Shown: positions 58,641 to 64,000 of the stretch, piece by piece | Layout of the letters: the number at the start of each line of letters is the position of its first letter | Numbering within the stretch: position 1 is the stretch's first letter | NCBI GenBank assembly: GCA_907165135.1 | Contig: OU015566.1 | Location: 868,001 to 932,000, forward strand | Reading direction: 5' to 3' | DNA length: 64,000 bases | Origin: Oikopleura dioica | Lineage: Eukaryota; Animalia; Chordata | The notes under the pieces: model-generated | The model's database searches: none | The model's input: only the letters and a program-made list of their open reading frames with translations | Told to the model about the DNA's origin: nothing | Made by a program: the position numbers and the translations under genes

Positions 58641-59123
58641 ATGGCTTACCTTCAGATGTTATTGAATCTAATCTCCATTCTAATTGGAATGATCTCTTCG
58701 GGTTTCGGAACATGTATTTTCATGGCTAAACCTGAAGTCCCGCTGGCAAAGAAAAAACTTCTCTTCAACATTCATGTAATAATCAAAATTGAATTTCTGT
58801 TGGCTGAATTTTTTATTTAGACAACTATTTTCATCGTCGTGAGTGTTGGAAGCCTTTTATTCGACGTTGTTACTTTTGGTCGGAAAATGGCAATTTATAT
58901 TCCATTTGGAGGTGAAGCCGATCTTTTATCAAAGATTCAGCCCGAGAGATATTTTGCAATTCGAAGTCTCCTGCTTTCTTTAAACTTAGCTTCTATCATT
59001 CTTGCTGCTTGGGCCCTTTCAATACAGGTTTGATAGGCGCTCTTATTTGTTGATCGCTAAAGTAATTTACAGTATGGTTGCAAGAAGAAGACCTCAGTCA
59101 ACAGCTCAGAAGAAAATCCATAA
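58641..59123 (+). CDS. Small multi-pass membrane protein
   Basis: Hydrophobic segments LLNLISILIGMISSGFGTCIFM, TTIFIVVSVGSLLFDVVTF and LLLSLNLASIILAAWALSI; two GT-AG introns in phase. Confidence 0.55.
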
Positions 59124-59242
59124 TTATTTTCTATAAATAAATGAGTTTATTAATTCGATAACCAGTAAAAACAGTATCAAATCTCGTACGATGGACAGAT
59201 ATATTTTCGAGCTCATTCTCGAATATCGCTTCTTCATTTGCT

Positions 59243-60474
59243 CTAGATGGCGCGAACAAGTTTTCCTTTTCGGACCTTAAATTTTGTCGTCTCGACGAAA
59301 GAAGACTTGTTGGATTTTTTGAGAATTCGTTCAGCTTCGATGGATCGGAGAGGGTTGGAGTTGATGCAGGTTGCGTGGAAGTGGTCGAGTTCTTCGTCCC
59401 AGAAATAGGCATGGACTGAGATAAAGGGGTAAGGGTGAGGGTTGCTTAAGATTGCTTACCTTGAGGATGAATGGACATCTGATCGCAGTAAAAGAAGAAA
59501 TCCCCATTCTCCAACATGGCACTTCCTCTGAGCGTATTTGGCGTGCCGATTTCGTCGCTTCTGATCAAGTAAATCATCTCCCCGGATGGTCGTGATCCGA
59601 CTTGGAAGGTGCTTGGTCCCCAAAATTGGCAAGTTCCGTGGGTGATGCTCATCTGAAGGCCGACAGTCCAGGAGTTTGTGCTTGTCAACGATTCTGGAAC
59701 GCGGACTTGGTAGAGGAAACCAACTTGGCCGTTTTTGTTCCAGAGGTCGAGGCGCGCTAGAAAAGGGGTGAATTAGGGGGAGAAGGGTTGAAATACCGAG
59801 AGTGTTGGAATAGCAAGTGGGGCTTGGGCATCGTTTTTCAGATCCGTCGTACCAGAACTTTGGGATCGTGCCGCTGTAGAAGTCTTTTGAGCAAGTCGAG
59901 ACATCAGGGTCTTTTTCGGATTGAAAAATTTCATGAAAAATTGTGATTTAGGATTTTTTCTCTTATTAGTAAAAATATAAATCCGTTCCTGGAGTGCTGT
60001 TAGGAGTAGTCGAAGAAGTTGTCGAGATGGTTTCATCGCAGTGGCATTTGAAGGAAGAGATCTTGTCGAGAACGAGTTTGCCGAGGGTGATGTCGAGACG
60101 GTTATGATCGTAGCTGGTGAAGTTGGCGAGATGTTGTTCGAATCGGTTGCGGTTGAAAGTCTCGAGCTGGCAGGTCTGGTAGACTTCCAAGTGCTTGATG
60201 TTGTTGTTGTATTGCTAGAAAAAAGGATAGGAGGAGGATAAATTGCAGTTAACATTGGTTTACCATGGTTAACCGCCGTTTGAAACCAAGAAACCCTTAC
60301 CTTGTATTTATCTGATCGTCTCATATTGTCAACCTCTTCGCCGCTATAAATGACAATTGCAGATCCATCGACATCATCACCACTGTTCGAAACAGTCGCA
60401 CAAGGAGGACCGAGCTCTACGTCCGCTCGAACTCCACTCGAAGCAAGAAGCGTCAAAAAATTTGCAAATTTCAT
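59243..60474 (-). CDS. Secreted protein: beta/gamma-crystallin-like N-terminal domain, Thr/Ser linker, Trp/Cys-containing C-terminal domain
   Basis: Signal MKFANFLTLLASSGVRA; IVIYSGEEV..DKYKQYNNNIKHLEVYQTCQLETFNRNRF; CPSPTCY..LDLWNKNGQVGFLYQV..WTVGL..CQFWG. Four introns phased, one of them GA-AG. Confidence 0.7.
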
Positions 60475-60851
60475 TTTTTTTTGTTTTTTTTCTGGTATTC
60501 AGAAAAAAATGGAGAAAGAAAAAGTTCTTGTTTGAAAAATCTTGAGTGCGACCTGGTTTTATACTTTGATAATCGAAGACAGCTGGGGTCATCAAAAAGC
60601 TGTACGACCTCGGACTCTCGTGGCGACCGTAATTATGAAAGAGAACTTTACGCAGAATACGTAAGCCAGGCGATAATGGAAATTCCTTACGTGTGAGTCA
60701 AAAATTTCTGAAGTGGACTTCGAACTTTGAAAAATATATTTCAAGGAATTTTTCAGAACTAAATTGAGTAAAGATTTTTTCCATTAAGGAGGTCGAATAA
60801 TTTTTTTTTATTAAAAAGTAAACTGCTTAAAAGTATTGTCGGATTTTATTT

Positions 60852-63800
60852 TTACATCAAATCACATGAACTTTCAATTTTATCATCTGAATCAGATTTT
60901 GATGGATTTATAAGGGTGATGGAGTAAGCTTGCGGAAGAAGGTACCAAGTTTCTGTTTTCATGTGTTGATAGTGTTCATTGACGAGAGCATTGAACATGT
61001 TATCTTCGTTGTAGACATAATCGTTAAATTTTTTTAAACAGGCAATCATCATTTCTTCTGATACGTAATAGGGATTCGTCAACGGAATTTTAAGTTGAGC
61101 CGAAGGAATGTTAATCAAACTGTTTGAGATGATGAAGTTTCTGTTTTCGACTCGATCGAGAACCATTTGGTGAAAATCGACCTCGCCCGTAGGATGTAGA
61201 AAAGCGCCTGTTACTGTGAGAGGTCGTTCGAATACAAAATTGGTGTGGAGATGAACTTAAAAATATTTAGATCATAGTAAAATAAAGTTAAGAATTATAC
61301 TTTGTTTGTAGGAGAAAACTGGTTTCGAGTATTCATAAAAATAATTTTTGTTTGAAGTGTTTATGATGTCCCATCCACTTTTCATAAGATACGTCTCGAA
61401 TTTAAGTCTTTTAAGAAGTGTCTCAATATCGTTGCATTGGAAGTCTTGTTCACGTTTATTGGGATTAAGATTAAATCCAGCCATGCTTCGAGGATAAATT
61501 ATCATTGTCAAAATAGCCAAAAGCTTCTCCAGAGAAAAACAATCATCCAATTTATCAGCTGGAATGTTTAGATCATTCTTTATTGCCCATCTTAAGATCA
61601 CACTGACGGATATCGGAACGCAAAGATCGGTTTCCTTCTGATTCAAAACTCTTCTGGTGACATTTTTGAAATCGAAATTAAGATGTCTCGACAACTGCTG
61701 TTCTTCTCGACAACGATTGTTCTTTCAAAGAAATGATCTTCGGTATGTGACATAACATGGCAACTATGTTCTTTTTTGTAGAATATTATTGTCTAACTTC
61801 ATAAGCTTTTCCAAACAATTTGAGTCTTTTAAGGACCCCCGTCAACTTTTTCGAAAATCAAATTTTAATATTTAAAAATTTTGACCCCGGAAATGGATTT
61901 AACGGGTCAAAAAATAATTCTGTCGAAAAATTTGATTTTTCTTGGTCCGAAATTCCTCTTATCGAGTTTGTGAAGCAATTCTAGCTTGAGGACGCTTTGA
62001 GAACAAAAAATTTGGTGTTCTTAAAAATTTCCATTTTTCAAACGAAGAAGGTGGGAAGTCGATGAAATTACTCAGATAAATCTCGAATGAATCACAAATT
62101 GTTTATCCTTATCATACAGCCGTATTTGTCATTTAACCAATCAGGCCTTCGGCACTCTGGCGAATAATTTCGGGTTACCTTAACATTTTAAAAAGTATTT
62201 GAATGAAATATGTAATAAGTACAATTATTTTCCTCTTTGACATTTTAGGTCCCAAATTTTCATGAAAATGGCCACAAAAATGGGCAAGAGTCTTCAAAAA
62301 AATATTCCGCCGTAAAGGCTTAAATTTTTTTCTTCGATAAATGTCTCTTTTGAAAATGGCAAATTTAATCATCGGGCTGTTAATGTGTGGGCTGCTAGGT
62401 TTTAGAAAAAAATTGTAGGGACAAATGACGAGATCGAGCGTCAAAGTCGACCTGACTAAGTGTTTTTAGCTATTTTAAGTCGACATTTTCCGATTTTTGG
62501 TCATTTTTGGCATTTTTTTGAAGATGATTTGATTCCAATGTGATTTTTACGCTAGAAATAGATTGTTCGAGAAAAATATTATTTTATTTCATAGACTAAC
62601 TGTAAGTTAACGCCGAAAATTAATAATCATTACTTAATTCTTGACCACCACCCCCTTAAGATGAAGAAAATGTCCACAAAATTTAGGTCCACAAAAGAGG
62701 AAAAACAATATCTAGTATATTATTTGTGTCAGTTACTTTTATAATCTCCGAATGTATTTTTCGTTTATCGGATTTAGTAATAGGTTTGTAAAGAAGGCTC
62801 CATGCTGTTTTCCAATCGCAAAATAGGAAAACATATATGCTGCTTATATGACCGTTTGGATCAGTTTCACTTCCCAAAAGTTTCTCTGACGATCGAGAAA
62901 TAATTTGAGGACTATTACAAAATCCAGGGGTTCCCGCGACTAAAAAATAATCTTGACAAATAAACGGGAAATCAAAGACCTTACATAAGTACTCCTCTGA
63001 TCTATATTTGCTTCCTCTTCTTGCGTATCCCATCTCAAAATAACTTTCCCTTATAGTTCTGATTTCAACAAGTCCGAAGTCAATCCATTTTGGTTCATTT
63101 TTGAAAAGAAGTATATTTTCTAGTTTTTCGTCATAATGAAGCAATCCAGTCCGATAAAGATAAATATGTCCATTTGCAACGCCGTTTGCAATTTCGATCC
63201 TCTCCATTATTGATAAATCTTCATTTTTTAGCCTGGACCTTAGATCAGAATCGCATTTTTCCATGATTGTTATCCATCCAACACAATCATCATTTGAGTA
63301 AATTTCGACGTTAGAAAAATTTTTTATGACATTTTTATGATAAGGAATAACTTTTTCTTTATCCTTTTTCTTAGGAATATAAAGATCAGGCAAATCGTCT
63401 TTAAAGGATTGATCATCGTAAGCGTTATTTTATACTTATAAATTCTCTAAACAATATAAGTACGTTAATAAAACTTGACTCGTTTGAGAAACATCAGGTG
63501 CTGCTTATCGATTCAATAGATAAGCTCGCGAGGTAGAAAGATTATTCCGAGTTGAAAAGCAAAGTCGCAGCATTAGAAGAAGAGAGAATGAAATAATTAT
63601 TGCAAATGATTATTCTGATAATTTTTCTAGTTTACAAGAAAGTATTTCCGATAAGATATCAAACCCACTCAAAACTTGTTGATTCAAAAGGACCATCTTT
63701 AAAAGGATAAGGCTTCTCTGCCTCTTTCGCAATTTTGTAATCTATGTAAATTTGAAGACTAAATCGCATGAATTATTTACCTTTTGATAGATATGTGCGA

Positions 63801-63900
63801 AAAGAAAGCGTCTTATCTTTCTTTGAGAAGAGAGTTGTATCAAAAGTTTGAATTCGAATCGCAACCTCAAAGCGGGAGTTACTGAATAGCGCCGCCTTTT
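60852..63900 (-). CDS. Second kinase-like + papain-fold protease-like gene (paralog of 7626-10692); frame disruptions, 5' end unresolved
   Basis: VAIRIQTFD, WITIMEKCD, HYDEKLENILL, WIDFGL, AGTPG; LNQKETDLCVPISV, IIYPRSMAG.NLNPNK, DFHQMVLD, FIISNS, TWYLLPQAYS. Confidence 0.8.
61833..62045. mobile_element. MITE family K, partial copy in an intron of the second kinase-protease gene
   Basis: TTAA-GGACCCCCGTCAAC...TTTTGACCCCGGAAATGGATT. Confidence 0.75.
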
Positions 63901-64000
63901 CAGCAGTTATGAAAGATTTTCGGCGTTACAATGAAGATTTTCTGTTTTTTATCAAAACTCATATTTAAGTTTATACATATACAGTAGAGAGTAGTTAATT

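Noticed and set aside
1-64000. rRNA, tRNA, spliced-leader RNA genes and autonomous transposase/RT ORFs
   Set aside because: None recognised by eye on either strand. tRNAscan-SE, Infernal and a transposase HMM search would be needed to exclude divergent copies.

Overview
AT-rich, gene-dense eukaryotic DNA, not prokaryotic. It has about 20 spliced genes on both strands with very short introns (30-75 nt), many of them non-canonical GA-AG or GC-AG. This intron style, plus PLA2-like and house-protein-like secreted genes, points to an appendicularian tunicate (Oikopleura or a relative); that is inference and the species cannot be fixed from sequence alone. Recognisable genes: guanine deaminase, a multi-Kunitz inhibitor, a short collagen, a GT31 beta-1,3-galactosyltransferase-like gene, a TP53INP/DOR-like LIR protein, a tandem caspase-fold gene, synaptotagmin-7, a class A GPCR with a nested antisense gene, a CUB-trypsin protease, an FABP-like gene, a CFAP97D-like gene, a Lys49-type PLA2-like gene, and two paralogous kinase + papain-fold protease fusion genes. 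No autonomous transposase was seen, but there are at least eight families of non-autonomous DNA elements (TTAA/Kolobok-like, hAT-like, MULE-like, foldbacks). Top leads: (1) hAT-like MITEs inserted in coding sequence with 8-bp TSDs that form whole introns (introner-like) in the GT31 gene; (2) the kinase-cysteine-protease fusion family; (3) a pseudo-caspase + caspase-fold protein with a paracaspase-like acidic S1 pocket; (4) a conserved ~75-nt hairpin repeated on both sides of the first kinase-protease gene. Gene models were spliced by eye and exon boundaries are approximate. No rRNA, tRNA or CRISPR array was found.
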